NCBI GenBank assembly: GCA_964016885.1
Contig: OZ024740.1
Coordinates: 337,776,001 to 337,840,000 of the forward strand
Source: Eledone cirrhosa
Taxonomy: Eukaryota
Direction: 5' to 3'
Length of the DNA stretch: 64,000 nt
Shown here: positions 27,489 to 39,610 of the stretch, one piece after another
Layout: each line of letters opens with the position of its first letter
Numbering within the stretch: position 1 is the stretch's first letter
The notes under the pieces: generated by a model
The model's database searches: none
What the model saw: the letters and a program-made list of their open reading frames with translations, nothing else
Told to the model about the DNA's origin: nothing
Program-made: the position numbers and the translations under genes

Positions 27489-28564
27489 TTATTATTAATT
27501 ATCGGGGTCGATAGAATAAAGTACCAGTAATGCATTGGGTAATTGCTGGCCTTGTGCCAAAAGTAGAGACAATTATTATTATTAATTATATATATAATAA
27601 TAATAATAATCATCATCATCATCGTTTAACATCCATCTTCCACACTAGCATGGATTAGACGGGTTTGTCCCATTTAGAGGCAAGTTGGGTCGGGTGACCG
27701 TGTCTCGCTCATATAGGGCAGCTTCTGGCTGGTTTTTTTATGGCTGGATGTGTTTCCTAGCACCAACCACATTTACAGTGTGTGCTGGGAGCTTTTTGTC
27801 GTGAAACCTACACGACCCACTTACAGAGTGGGCTGGATGTTTTGTTGTACCAACGTAACATACACACACACATATATATATATAATTTATTTATGTTCAT
27901 ACATGAAACAAAAGCACTTCCTATGGTTTCAAGGCCCAATATTGACCATATCTCCAAAATCTAAGAGGGATCAAAATTGTGACCTAATCTTCAGGTTCTT
28001 ATACGAGTTTATAAAATATCGTTAAAAGTAATGCATGCTAAAAATGCTAGTTTATGAAAAACGTATCATAATAAATAGAAATATATATTTACTAGACAAA
28101 TCCAGTTCATCTCTTTTGGAGAATGCTTTCTGTAGTTGGCGATAGATAGATAGGAATACATAGAGACAAAAAGAGTAATATATAGATAGATATAAATTAA
28201 TGTGTGTGTATGTGTGTGTCCTAGAAGCTAGTGTTTTATTTCACTGTCATTTTTAGAAAGACAGGTTACCCAACATAGCTCTCTGTGCCATGTACAACAG
28301 ACAGGCACACAGACAAATCGATAAAGGGCCATCTGCAGGCCCTCTAAAAGATGCCCCCAGCATTGCTCAGAAATGAAAGTGTTCCTTATGTATTAGAAGA
28401 AGAAAGCAAAACAGGTTATTCTAAATTCCATTTATTTTTCAATTGAGGTACATGATGAAATCAATTCTGAATTCATAATACAGAAATTAATAAAAAATGA
28501 AAATACAAAATTTATCACTGTTATGAGGGGAGATAAATCTATCTCATGTGTTGAAGGAAATTAC

Positions 28565-30320
28565 TTAAGAACTTCTGGGTAAACAACATTCTTTGTTTTC
28601 TTGTTCGGGGTATAGAAAAATAAGTCTTGTAAACTACCCACCCTGGAGCAACAAACGTAAAGTTGACCATGAGAAAAGAAAGGCTAATTTAAGTGCAAGC
28701 CAGTAGATTTCAAAATCTGACCTCCAGCTTTATTGATAGACATTATGAAGCAAAGTGCACTGGGAATTGTATTTCAAATAGAATGTCCGTTGGTTTGATT
28801 GGAATTCTTGTAATGGAAATATCTTCCCCAGAGGTACATCCAGTGATGATGGTAGCTTCAATCACATTAGGTGATAATGTCTTCACAATCAACCTTGTCC
28901 CATTGCATGATTGAGAAGGATCTAAATTTCTTAGAAGCATTATTGGGACTCCAAACTTCAGTTAAAGTTTCTGTGAAGGAGTTCCAGGTGGCTAAAGAGT
29001 ATTACATACATATTTTCATAAAGGACTGAATCAACTGATTTGTACTCCTTAATTACTGTTGGAATCTTATTCATTAGCTCATGGTTAATCCTTGCTACTA
29101 TCTCATTTTTGTTTAGCAAGAATTGCCCTTTCACACAACCATTTGTGTGAATTATAATTATTACTTAAGTCTGGAAATACCCTGTTCTTCAATTCAGCTG
29201 GTGAATCTACAATGATGGCAATATGAGTCAAGTTGATATAACCATACCCATTAATTGTACTGCCCCATTTCCTAATTGAAGGTGTTGGGTTGAGAACTAT
29301 TCTGTACATTGGTCCTAGTGTAATAAAGCTCTCATGTTAGTATTGAAGCAGAAATTATTTACTTTATTCCATAGCTGCAAAGTCTTAATGCATGCTTTTA
29401 TTTCATCAGCTCTTGTTCCTCTTGAAATGACTGGTAATATCTGTCTGGAGTCTCATGATAAAACTAATGTAACTCCTCCCATAGATTTATTGTTGACTTT
29501 TATGTCCTGTAAAGTCTTATCAAGAGTTTCCATTGCACCTCTATGTGACATGGTGCATTCATCTCAAGGATCAGGTAGCATTGGCGCAACACTTCTGCTA
29601 AACCTGAGCCTTTGCTTCTGTTACAAATTGGACTGTCATTTGTGACCACGTTTAGCAGTAATTTAAAAGCAACATGAGCTGTTTGTCCTCCCGGAAGCAA
29701 TGCCGGACGATGCTACAGCAAGTGCAATTCTTTTTTGCCGCCTTACCTTGGAGGGAAGTAATGTTGTTACAAATACTTAACCTCTGCCACCTAGAGCATC
29801 ATCAAGAATAAAAATTCCTCTTGACTGACGAAATGATTTCATAATATACCCAGCGTTGTTCTGGAAGATGTTTAGGTTCATGTTCATTCACAAATGCAAC
29901 CAACTTTGTGATGTCATAATTTGTCTCTCTTGCAAACTCTTTTGAAGTTAAATCTTTTTGATTTTGGCAGTCGAGATTCTTGCAAATTCTTGCCTCCCAT
30001 GACCAAAATTGATCCTCAATTTCAATCAATGGTTGATTGAAAATTTCTTCACAGAACTGAATATTGATGCCTGGGTTTGCATTTTAACTGCATGCTTTAA
30101 GCCCCCAGCCTCTTGATGTTTCATCCAAAGTTGTTGGGGACTGCCAAATTGACACATGTTCAGCATAATGGCAAAAAGGTTACAGAGTTTCCTTGGAGAA
30201 TATGACACTGATGCTTCAGTTAATGCAAGGTCTTAATGATTATCAGTTTCTAACAAACCTTTTGATAACATGCTACCCTATATGTTTCACACATTTACTC
30301 TCTTCAAATCTTGGAATGTA
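28565..30320 (-). pseudogene. Helitron RepHel PIF1-helicase region, decayed
   Basis: Degenerate Walker A LDDALGGRG*VF, AVASSG, LPGGQTAH, ERAILA, MLLRNLDP..CNGTRL, QFP, FSHGQLYVCCSRV; many stops and frameshifts. Confidence 0.88.
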
Positions 30321-30434
30321 AGTAATTTTTCCTTATATATATATATATGTTTATCCCGGGTTCAATCAGGGGGTAACCACAGTAAGTAAGGTACTCATTG
30401 CATAGTAGAGTATATACAATATTTAATATAGAAA

Positions 30435-30540
30435 TGGCTTCTACAGGACTAGAACTGTTTCATTCGGGAGAAATCATTAGGAATCCCAGGCTTCCTGATG
30501 ATTTCTCCTGAATGAAACAGTTCTAGTCCTGTAGAAGCCA
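30435..30540. repeat. 106-bp palindrome with hammerhead-like core, ending in (TA)n
   Basis: tggcttctacaggactagaactgtttcattc...CTGATGAtttctcctgaatGAAAcagttctagtcctgtagaagcca; stem I is poor. Confidence 0.75.
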
Positions 30541-30556
30541 TATATATATATATATA

Positions 30557-30901
30557 TCATCATCATCATCATCATCATTTCACGTCCGCTTTTTCCATGC
30601 TTGCAAGGGTGGGACGGGAACTGATTCTGGCTTGATTTCTACAGCTGGATGCCCTTCCTAACACCAACCTCATTTACAGTGAGTGCTGGGTGCTTTTTTG
30701 CCGTGGCACCTGCACGACCACTTTACAGTGGAATGATATGGACCCCAGTCCCTAACATCTCATTTCTACAGCTGAGTAAACTGGAGCAATGTGAAATAAA
30801 GTGTCTTGCTCAAGGAAACAACACATCACCCGGTCTGAGAATTGAACTCACAACCTTTCGATTGCAAGGCCAATGCTCTAACCACTAAACCATGTGCCTC
30901 C
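30557..30901 (-). mobile_element. Full-length SINE family B
   Basis: Reverse complement of 21391-21737. Confidence 0.9.
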
Positions 30902-31222
30902 ATTCTTGATGCTCATTCTGGATTCAGAATTAGCCGTCGAAACGGCTTGAGCTCAGCCGTCGAGGTCCTACTCGTTCCTACATATATATATATATATATA
31001 TATTAAGGAACGATCGACTTTCGTCAAATCGGACCGAGGGAACAATGTTTCCGTTGGTCTTTCCAATTGCTAATACTATCTATCGGTCGCAACTCCAGGT
31101 AGAAGGAACAACGTGAAATAAAGTGTCTTGCTCAAGGACATAACGCATCGCCTGGTCCAGGAATCGAACTCACAACCTTACGATTGCGAATCCGATTCTC
31201 TAACCACTCAGCCACACGCCTT

Positions 31223-31291
<69 letters not shown>

Positions 31292-31604
31292 GAAAGAAGC
31301 AGCTTTCTTTCTCTTTTTCTGTCATTACTTACTCTCCTCTGCTCTCTCTCCTTCTCATTCAGTGTGTTTCTCTCTCTCTCTCACACACACGCACTCTCTC
31401 TCACCCTCTGTAACTCTTCCTCTCTTTTAGTCTCTATGTCTGTTTCTTTTACTCTCTCCCTTTCTAACTCACACACTCATTTATATGCTCTTTCCTGTAT
31501 ACACATATACATGTTTGCTTATGTATAGTCTATTGGGAGGATATATATAGTATATATATATATATATATATAAACGGAAAAAAAAAAATAATATATATAT
31601 AAAA

Positions 31605-31941
31605 CGGAAAAAATGAAACGAAATTTCATTTCCCACTCTTAGTACGGCTGTTAATATGCATAAGGCAAGTATATACGTTCAACAATCTGGCAGGAAGGTA
31701 TACGTTGTGAAGATAGCTAATAAGCTTGAAACTAGTACAGCGTTCCTTTGTGAGTGTTGAACACACGAGCAACGACGGTTGCTGGACACTACGGCTTAAA
31801 ACAAGATGTTTGTTTACAAACACACCGAGCATTATAATAAATGTTCGGTGAATCCATACGTACATATATATATGTGTGCATGTATGTATATATATATATA
31901 TATACATACTACTGTACATCTGTATACATATATGTATGTAC

Positions 31942-31945
<4 letters not shown>
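31605..31945 (+). mobile_element. TA-bounded mini-element homologous to 8150-8560; degenerate hammerhead at 31702-31743
   Basis: acgttg -TGAAGA tagctaataagctt GAAA ctag TA cagcgt (core C3 missing). Confidence 0.65.
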
Positions 31946-31975
<30 letters not shown>

Positions 31976-32082
31976 TACTGGGAGTATATATATATTCTTA
32001 TATATACAAACATATTGAATATATTATTTACATTATAATCGTTATATACACATGTATTTACATTTGAATTAATATCATTGTT

Positions 32083-32293
32083 ATTGGCAGTATCGGTAGA
32101 GGGTCGCACGCCATGCTTGGCAGCATAGAGTTACGGTCCTTTAGGGTCTGAATTCAAATCCCGCCGAGGTTAACTTTGTCTTTTATCCCTACGGGGTCGA
32201 TAAAATAAAGCACCAGTAACGTACTGGGGTCGATTTAATCAACTTTCCTCTTCCCCCAAATTACTGGCCTTGTACCAATACTAGAAATAATTA
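32083..32293 (+). mobile_element. SINE family A (long-tail variant)
   Basis: ttggcagtatcggtagagggtc...ctggccttgtaccaatactagaaataattat. Confidence 0.85.
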
Positions 32294-32788
32294 TATATAT
32301 GTGTGTATAAATTTAACCCACACCGATAAACTCACACAAATACACACATACAGACATACACTCACACACACATACATTCACAAACATACATTCACACAAA
32401 CACATACACTCACGCAGAGCGTGGAAAAATTTGGAAGTCTGTTTTTGCCGTAGTTTTCCCCCATCCCACTTCCTCCCTTTTACACAGAACTTTGTGTCAA
32501 AAGTTGAAACGGTGTTAGTTTTTTTTTTTTTGCCGTAGAATTTTCACTATCCCACCTCCACGTAGACTGAAACACGGACTAGCAGATTAAAGTTTAAGCA
32601 AAGAATCTGCGTTCACAGATTGATTTTTTTAGTTTCAGAAGATCTCATTAAGGGTGAAAGCAGAGATTCTTTGCTTAAACTTTAATCTGTTATTTTAATA
32701 AATATTTGCTCTAGGGTTCTTATATATTTGATATATATTTATCGTTATGGAGCCCTCTTTGGATTTTAGTCTTCAGATTTATTATTAT

Positions 32789-32843
<55 letters not shown>

Positions 32844-33114
32844 AAGTGATCTGTTTCGCCAGTAAGCTGTTGACAGAAATGAAATAACCCAGGTTCATCA
32901 GCGTGTGTAAGGCTATACATTTCAGACAACACTAAGAGAATTTTTAAAGCGACCGTCCAACTACACGTGGGAGAGAGAAGTCACAGCGTGTTTAAGGGCA
33001 GTGAACCAGTGGCCTCTGAGGGACGAGCTGCTAGAAAGGGCAGCCCAAAACCACTCAGAGAAGTGTGCTGAACCAAACAGAGAGAGAAAGAGGAAAGACT
33101 GTTATAAGGAGCTA

Positions 33115-34165
33115 AATATCACGAAACATTAACGGAGCCATAGACTCTCGCCGTTCCCTGTAAATAATGTGCTCAAAGGAGAGGAAATCCTGAGCACTTT
33201 AAAATACAATATGTTGAAAAGGTAACACACTAGAAAGAGATACAGTGCGCCATCAATAAAACAGGGAAAAACCACCAGTGTATGGAATCTATAACCTATG
33301 AAAGGCAGAATAGAGACACGATAATTAAAAATATAAATTAAAGCGTAAATAAATACCTCTGTACGTGTGTTATATAGTTATAGAGGTATTTATTTACACT
33401 TTAATTTATATTTTTAATTATCGTGTCTCTATTCTGCCTTTCATAGGTTATAGATTCCATACACTGGTGGTTTTTCCCTGTTTTATTGATGGCGCACTGT
33501 ATCTCTATCTAGTGTGTTACCTTTTCAACATATTGTATTTTAAAGTGCTCAGGATTTCCTCTGCTTTGAGCATGTAGTGACCTACATTCCGCGGGCTCAC
33601 ATGCATTCTCGGTGAGTGATTTGGCTCAGCTCAGCCAATCAGCGCCAGCAGAAGAGGATGTATCCCTACGCGTCCTGAGAGAGAAATTACCCGCGAAGAT
33701 TTGAAGAAAATCTCTCCCTCGCACCTTGGACTTCGAACCAGCAACACGTACATGTGACGGTGAGATTTTGCACCTTAACCTGCTGACTTTCCGGCGCAAT
33801 GACACATTCCCTTTTGTAACCTCATTTTTATGTGTAACTTCAACCAGACAAGTTAACCAACATTATTTGTGCTACAACAAAAATAAACATACATTTCATC
33901 TCTAATTTCTGCTGTTGACATCATTATTATGTTACTCGTGTCTCAATAACATTTAATTTACCATGCTGATTATTTGGCGACCGGCTCTCCGTCAGTTCAC
34001 TCACGAGTAAGTTTGTTAACCTTATTATATCTGTATCGAATTTAATTAGTGGTTGGCCTGCAGTGGCGTTTACCAAAGTAAATAACCCTGTGACCAATTC
34101 CCTAAAAGCACATTATTTACAGGGAACGGCGAGAGTCTATGGCTCCGTTAATGTATCGTGATATA
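33115..34165. repeat. ~250-bp-arm palindrome (centre ~33365) with right arm interrupted by a solo LTR
   Basis: 33115-33360 is the reverse complement of 33380-33572 joined to 34111-34165. Confidence 0.9.
33573..34106. mobile_element. Probable solo LTR (534 bp) with 4-bp TSD AGCA
   Basis: Starts TGTAGTGA and ends TCCCTAAA (imperfect inverse). AGCA is duplicated at 33569-72 and 34107-10, and the empty site is preserved in the other palindrome arm. Confidence 0.7.
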
Positions 34166-34177
34166 TATATATAACCC

Positions 34178-34245
34178 CTCTGTCTGATGAACGCACTAGA
34201 CGTATGTTAATATTGTCTAGGGTCTTGAAACCTTTGGTAATGGAG
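34178..34245 (+). ncRNA. Type I hammerhead ribozyme with monomer-competent stem III
   Basis: ctctgt CTGATGA acgcactagac...gtctagggtctt GAAA cc-ttt-gg TA atggag, in a ~110-bp unit between TA tracts. Confidence 0.8.
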
Positions 34246-34299
34246 TAGTTATATATTGTGTTGTTCACTTTCTAATTAAATATATATATATATATATAT

Positions 34300-34770
34300 G
34301 GAAAGTTATATTTAAGTTGTTGGGTTACAACTAGTAAATATTTATAACTGATATAAAAGCACTCAACAAGTATTTGGAGTATATTTACGATATTAAATAA
34401 ATGGAAACTATATTTATAAAACCATATTTATTTCATTATATATATTTCAGGGATATCATATTAACAATATGCTATGCCTTCCTCAGACAAAATACAATAT
34501 AGACAGTTTTATAGATAAATAGATTTGACATACCGTTCAACATCGACTTGTATTTGAAAAGTTGATTTGAAAAGTTGATTTGACACTGCCAAATCAACTT
34601 TTCAAATACAAGTCGATGTTGAACGGTATGTCAAATCTATTTATCTATAAAACTGTCTATATTGTATTTTGTCTGAGGAAGGCATAGCATATTGTTAATA
34701 TGATATCCCTGAAATATATATAATGAAATAAATATGGTTTTATAAATATAGTTTCCATTTATTTAATATC

Positions 34771-34772
<2 letters not shown>
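34300..34772. mobile_element. Family P1 PLE-like mini-element; palindrome 34387-34772 with two opposed hammerheads (34431-34492 -, 34667-34728 +)
   Basis: ttttgt CTGAGGA aggcatagcatat...atatgatatccct GAAA tatata TA atgaaa on both strands; (TA)n flanks. Confidence 0.85.
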
Positions 34773-34806
<34 letters not shown>

Positions 34807-34814
34807 ATATATAT

Positions 34815-34908
34815 ATATTGTTATACTTTGGGAGGGTCATGTATAACAATATCGGTTTCAGTACACGTTTTCAGATAAAGAATCTTGCTAAACAAATTCA
34901 GAGACGAT
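34815..34908. mobile_element. 95-bp terminal remnant of the 37.6-kb Penelope family
   Basis: attgttatactttgggagggtcatg plus the reverse complement of 37583-37650. Confidence 0.8.
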
Positions 34909-35359
34909 ATATATATATATATATATATATAATTTGAAATGATACAGACAATTTTCCACACAATATAATTAGTTAGCACACCGAACGTTTAATTAGGAAT
35001 ATACTCACTTATTTCCTAATGTTTGTTGAGTGAGTTGGGATTTGGACGGAGTATCGCTATTAGCTTTCTCCGATAATGTATTTATATGTATATATATATA
35101 TATATATATATTTATATACATATATATATACACGTGACGGTGAGTGAGAGGGTGATATTTGAAAGAGAAAGTGGGAGAGGAAGATAGAAAGTTTCAAGAG
35201 ATTGAAAGAGACGGGTCGCAGTTCTATTTAGAACAAAAAAAAAGCAGCATTCTATTTCATTCCTTTGTCTTATTTTGTGAAGATTCATTGAGAAATGGTG
35301 ACATTGTTTCAAGGGAAACATAAACTTTCATGTTTTTTCTGGATTATAGAAGGTGTTGT

Positions 35360-36487
35360 TATTGCCGAAGTCAACTTTGCATTTTATTTTTCCAGGTCCG
35401 TAAAATAAAGTACTAGTGCAGAACTGGGGTTGATATTATCAACTTCTCCCTCCTTAAACTGCTGGCCTCATGCCTAAATTAAAAAACCATTATTACTGAG
35501 GGCGGTGGATTGGCAGTATCGGTAGAAGGTCGGACGCCATGTTTTGACGCATAGAATTACTGCCCTCGCCATTCTGAGTTCAAATCCCGCCGAGGTTAAC
35601 TTTGCCTTTCATCGTTACGGGGTCTATAAAATAAAGTACCAGTAATGTACTGAGTAATCGCTGGCCTTGTGCCAAAAGTAGAAACAATTATTACCGAGGG
35701 CAGAATAAAAAGAAATGCTTTGCAGAATTTGTTCTAAGTTTTTAAGTTTTTAAGATTCAAATTTGACCAAGATTAACTTTCTCTTTCATCCTTCAGTGAC
35801 CAATAAAATAAAGTACCAGTTATGTACTTGGGTCAATTTTATCGACTTTTGCATGAGTTAGAAAGCACTATTATTATGGTCATTTAAGAGAGGGAAAAGT
35901 CGATTAAATCGATGCCAGTGCATTACTGGTACTTTATTTTATCAATCCCGTACGAACGAAAGGCAAAGCTAATCCTGCCAAGGTTAGCTTCACCTTTCAT
36001 CCTTACGGGGTCGATAAAATAAAGTACCAGTCACGCACTGGGTCGATTTAATCGACTCCCCCCCCCCAAAAAAAAAAATTGCTGGCCTTGTGCCTATATA
36101 AGAAACCATTTTGGCAGTGTTGGTAGAAGGTCGGACGCCATGCTTTGACGCATAGAGTTACGGCCCTTGCCATTCTATGTTCAAATCCCGCCGAGGTTAA
36201 CTTTGCCTTTCATCCTTATGGGTCGATAAAATAAAGTACCAGTAATGCACTGGGTAATTGCTGGCCTTGTGCCTAAAGTAGAAACAATTATTATGTGGAT
36301 TGGCAGTATCGGTAGAGGGTCGAACGCTATGCTTTGACGCGCAGAGTTACGGCCCTTGCCATTCTGAGTTCGAATCTCGCCGAGGTTAACTTTGCCTTTC
36401 ATCCTTACGGGGTCGATAAAATAAAGTACCAGTAATGCACTGGGTAATTGCTGGCCTTGTGCAAAAAAGTAGAAACAATTATTATTA
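35360..36487 (+). mobile_element. Tandem cluster of ~7 SINE family A copies/fragments (one inverted at 35888-35972)
   Basis: Repeated consensus units separated only by short ATT tails. Confidence 0.9.
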
Positions 36488-37795
36488 ATATGAAGTATTT
36501 TCTCTCTTTATAGTTCTCTAAAAAGTTCTAATTTTTTTTTAGCCATATTTATTAGCTTACACCATTTATTCCCTCGTCTTATCTCCCCCTATCACCCCAG
36601 CTTTCTCTCTGTAATTTGAAGTGTAGCATCTACTTAACATTTTATTACAGTTATTAATTGAAGAATTATCGTTGATTCCATTAACTTATACAGCTTTCTG
36701 TTCCACGAGTGTTTTACTTCCGTATTCTTCCTCTCCCTTTTATCACCTTTATGTTTAGTATTTTACGATCTTACACTGTTTTCTCTTCTCCTTTTCACTA
36801 TATGACTTCCTTTCCAATTTCTATCAGTTTTAAAAATAAAACCTGCTAAAACTTAAATAAAATGAGAAAAAATGTCTCTATTAGTAATTAATCTGTTGTG
36901 CTATTTTTTTCTTCTTATTTTTCAAACACACCCTCCACATTTTCCATAGAGAAACTATGTATTCTATAAAAAGAATGTTAGGTCGAAACATACTGAAGAT
37001 TGTAAATGAAACTGTAGAAGACCACGCCACCTAGCTTTGACTTTGGAGGCAGTCGATTAACTGCCCTTAGTTCTGACGTCAGTAGCTGAATACACACTCT
37101 TTTCAACATGGTGTGTTGAGGCGAGCAGACGCATTTCACTGGCGAAACAACGATATTGCACCATGCGGTCACGGGATATTTGAACACCGCCACTTAATGA
37201 TAATTACGAATTACCAAATCATGGAGCAACTGATATAACCTGTTTTGTTTATTGCTCTGATTAAAATGCTCATGTACATATAATCTCGAGGTATGTTCTT
37301 TTTGCTTAATTGTTTACCTACACCTAACAACAAATAGAAGAGATGTTCTACCAGCCAAGCTAGGGAAACGAACTCCCCTCGAAATCGTAACACAACACAG
37401 CGTTCTAAAATGGTGACCATCTCTCCTAAAAAACTATTCAGTAAATAAATATTTCTCACTTTTTAAATATCTTTAATCCTTTCCTTGACTGTCTAACTAT
37501 ATATAAACGTTTAAATTTGGTGGTTCACCACTGGGTAGAATTGGTCTTTCCTCATTTAACTCTATAATATATATATATATATTTCGTTTCTGAATTTGTT
37601 TAGCAAGATTCTTTATCTGAAATCGTGTGTTGAAACCGATATTGTTATACTTTGGGAGGGTCATGTTGCCAATAAGAAACACACGCACCAGTTGCTTTCA
37701 CTTCAATTTATTATAATAAATTTATAATAAATTTATAAATTTATAAATTTCTGGTTGGTTGGTTGGTTCCACAACCAGATAGTTGTTTATATATT

Positions 37796-37838
37796 GTCAT
37801 AGTTCTTTCGCCACACACTCTGTGACCTCTTCAGTGAC
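37796..37838 (-). ncRNA. Minimal hammerhead ribozyme (inverted pLTR)
   Basis: Minus strand: gtca CTGAAGA ggtcaca-gagtg-tgtggc GAAA gaac TA tgac. Confidence 0.8.
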
Positions 37839-37939
37839 TGGGGATTCCTTTCTTGGTTTCTGTGCCTCTCCTTTGTTCTGTCCTACGCCATTTTGTTTCT
37901 GTGTGTGTGTTGTGTGCTCAGTCTGCGCATGCGCCACCT

Positions 37940-39385
37940 ACCATTATCTCAATGGCCAAGAAAACCCACACAGATAGATGGAACGGGTGGACCAGAGCCA
38001 TACGGACACCCGAAAACCACGATGAACTGAAGAAAATGATTGCACATGCGGTAGGGGCCAGCATAAAACTAACCCTTAAGGAACATATGTTCAAATTTAA
38101 TGGAAAAACATATGCCCAGGAGGAAGGAGCAGCCATTGGTGTTAGCATTGCAGGCGACATAGCTAACTTATTCATGGTATGGTGGGACAGTAGACTTAAA
38201 CTTAAACTTAAAGAACAATTAGAAGACCCCTTAACCCTGATAATGTACTCCCGCTACGTTGATGATATAAACATCGTAGTTAAGACACCCCCACTAGAGA
38301 ACAGTCAGGAACTAGAGAAAAACACAATGGAAAGCATCCAGCAAATAGCTAACTCCATCCACCAGAGCATTAGAGTTACTATAGACTACCCAAGTAAACA
38401 CCCCAACCATCGATTACCTGTACTAGACACAGAGCTCTGGTTAGATACCATTAATAACAAAAAACAAAGCCTCCATTCCCATTATGCCAAACCCATGACT
38501 TCCAAACATCTGATCCACCGAAACTCGGCCGTTTCGGACCATACCAAAATCAACATACTGATTGCGGATTTGGTACGGGTGATGAGAAACGTGTCCCGCA
38601 TGTGCTACCCCGAAGAACTAGAGAGACACATACAACACTTCATCCACCGTATGCAGTTCTCTGGCTACAATCAGAGAGATAAAATCAGAGTGTATAGAGG
38701 AGCCAGAACCAAATGGGAAAAAATGGTAAATAATGACATAAATGGGACCTGCCCCTTGTATAGGAGCAAATTTTGGAATAGAATAGAAAGAACTAGGAAC
38801 AAGGCTAATAGAATAAACTCATGGTATGATAGCAATAAATACCAGAGTGTAATGTTCATCGATACAACCCCTAGAGGTGAATTAGCTTACAAATTTAGAA
38901 GGGCCCTAGATAAACATAAACTCAATATTAAGATAGTAGAAAGACCAGGTACCTCCGTAAAAACACTTATTAGCAAGACATACCCTTTTCAAAGACCCTC
39001 ATGTATAGATAAGAAATGTATAACCTGTAAAATAAGCCCCCATATTAACTGTAAAACTAGAAATGTAGTGTATAGCATAAGATGTACCGAAGGATAATGT
39101 AGAGACAAAAATATAGTGTACATAGGTGAGACAGCTCGTAGTGTAGGGGAACGGATAAATGAACACTGGCGAGACCTTCAAGATAGTAAAGAATCATCTG
39201 TACTCTACCAACATGCTAAAATAGAACACAAGGGTAAATTAGAGAACATAGAAATAAAAATAGAATCTACACACAGAAAAGACGCAATGTTTAGACAAAT
39301 CACAGAGGCAATAAACATAAAAGAATTACAACCAAAATTAAATAGAAAATATGAGTGGAACAGCAACATCACAATTTACAATTAA
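37940..39385 (+). pseudogene. PLE RT + Cys-rich linker + GIY-YIG endonuclease; single in-frame TAA at 39095-39097
   Basis: QEEGAAIG, YSRYVDDI, LPVLD, CIDKKCITC, CKTRNVVYSIRCTEG*CRDKNIVYIGETARSVGERINEH, EAINI...LNRKYEW. ORFs 37853-39097 and 39116-39385 are in the same frame. Confidence 0.92.
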
Positions 39386-39567
39386 GGACAAAATGAAAAC
39401 ACACACACACATAGAACAAACAACCAACCAGTAACATGTAAATAAACAAATAAATAAATGAACATAAACACACACAGACACCCGGATGTGGCGCATGCGC
39501 AGACTGAGCACACAACACACACAGAGAAACAAAATGGCGTAGGACAGAACAAAGAAAGGAATCCCCA

Positions 39568-39610
39568 GTCACTGAAGAGGTCACAGAGTGTGTGACGAAA
39601 GAACTATGAC
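39568..39610 (+). ncRNA. Minimal hammerhead ribozyme (3' pLTR)
   Basis: gtca CTGAAGA ggtcaca-gagtg-tgtgac GAAA gaac TA tgac. Confidence 0.85.

Noticed and set aside
35360-36487. Regularly repeated units resembling a CRISPR or satellite array
   Set aside because: The units are ~190-bp dispersed SINEs with no unique spacers, in eukaryotic context with no cas genes.
37853-37939. N-terminus of the 414-aa ORF as a real start
   Set aside because: It derives from the inverted pLTR fused to a 5'-truncated RT.
39095-39097. In-frame stop as possible selenocysteine recoding
   Set aside because: The codon is TAA, not TGA.
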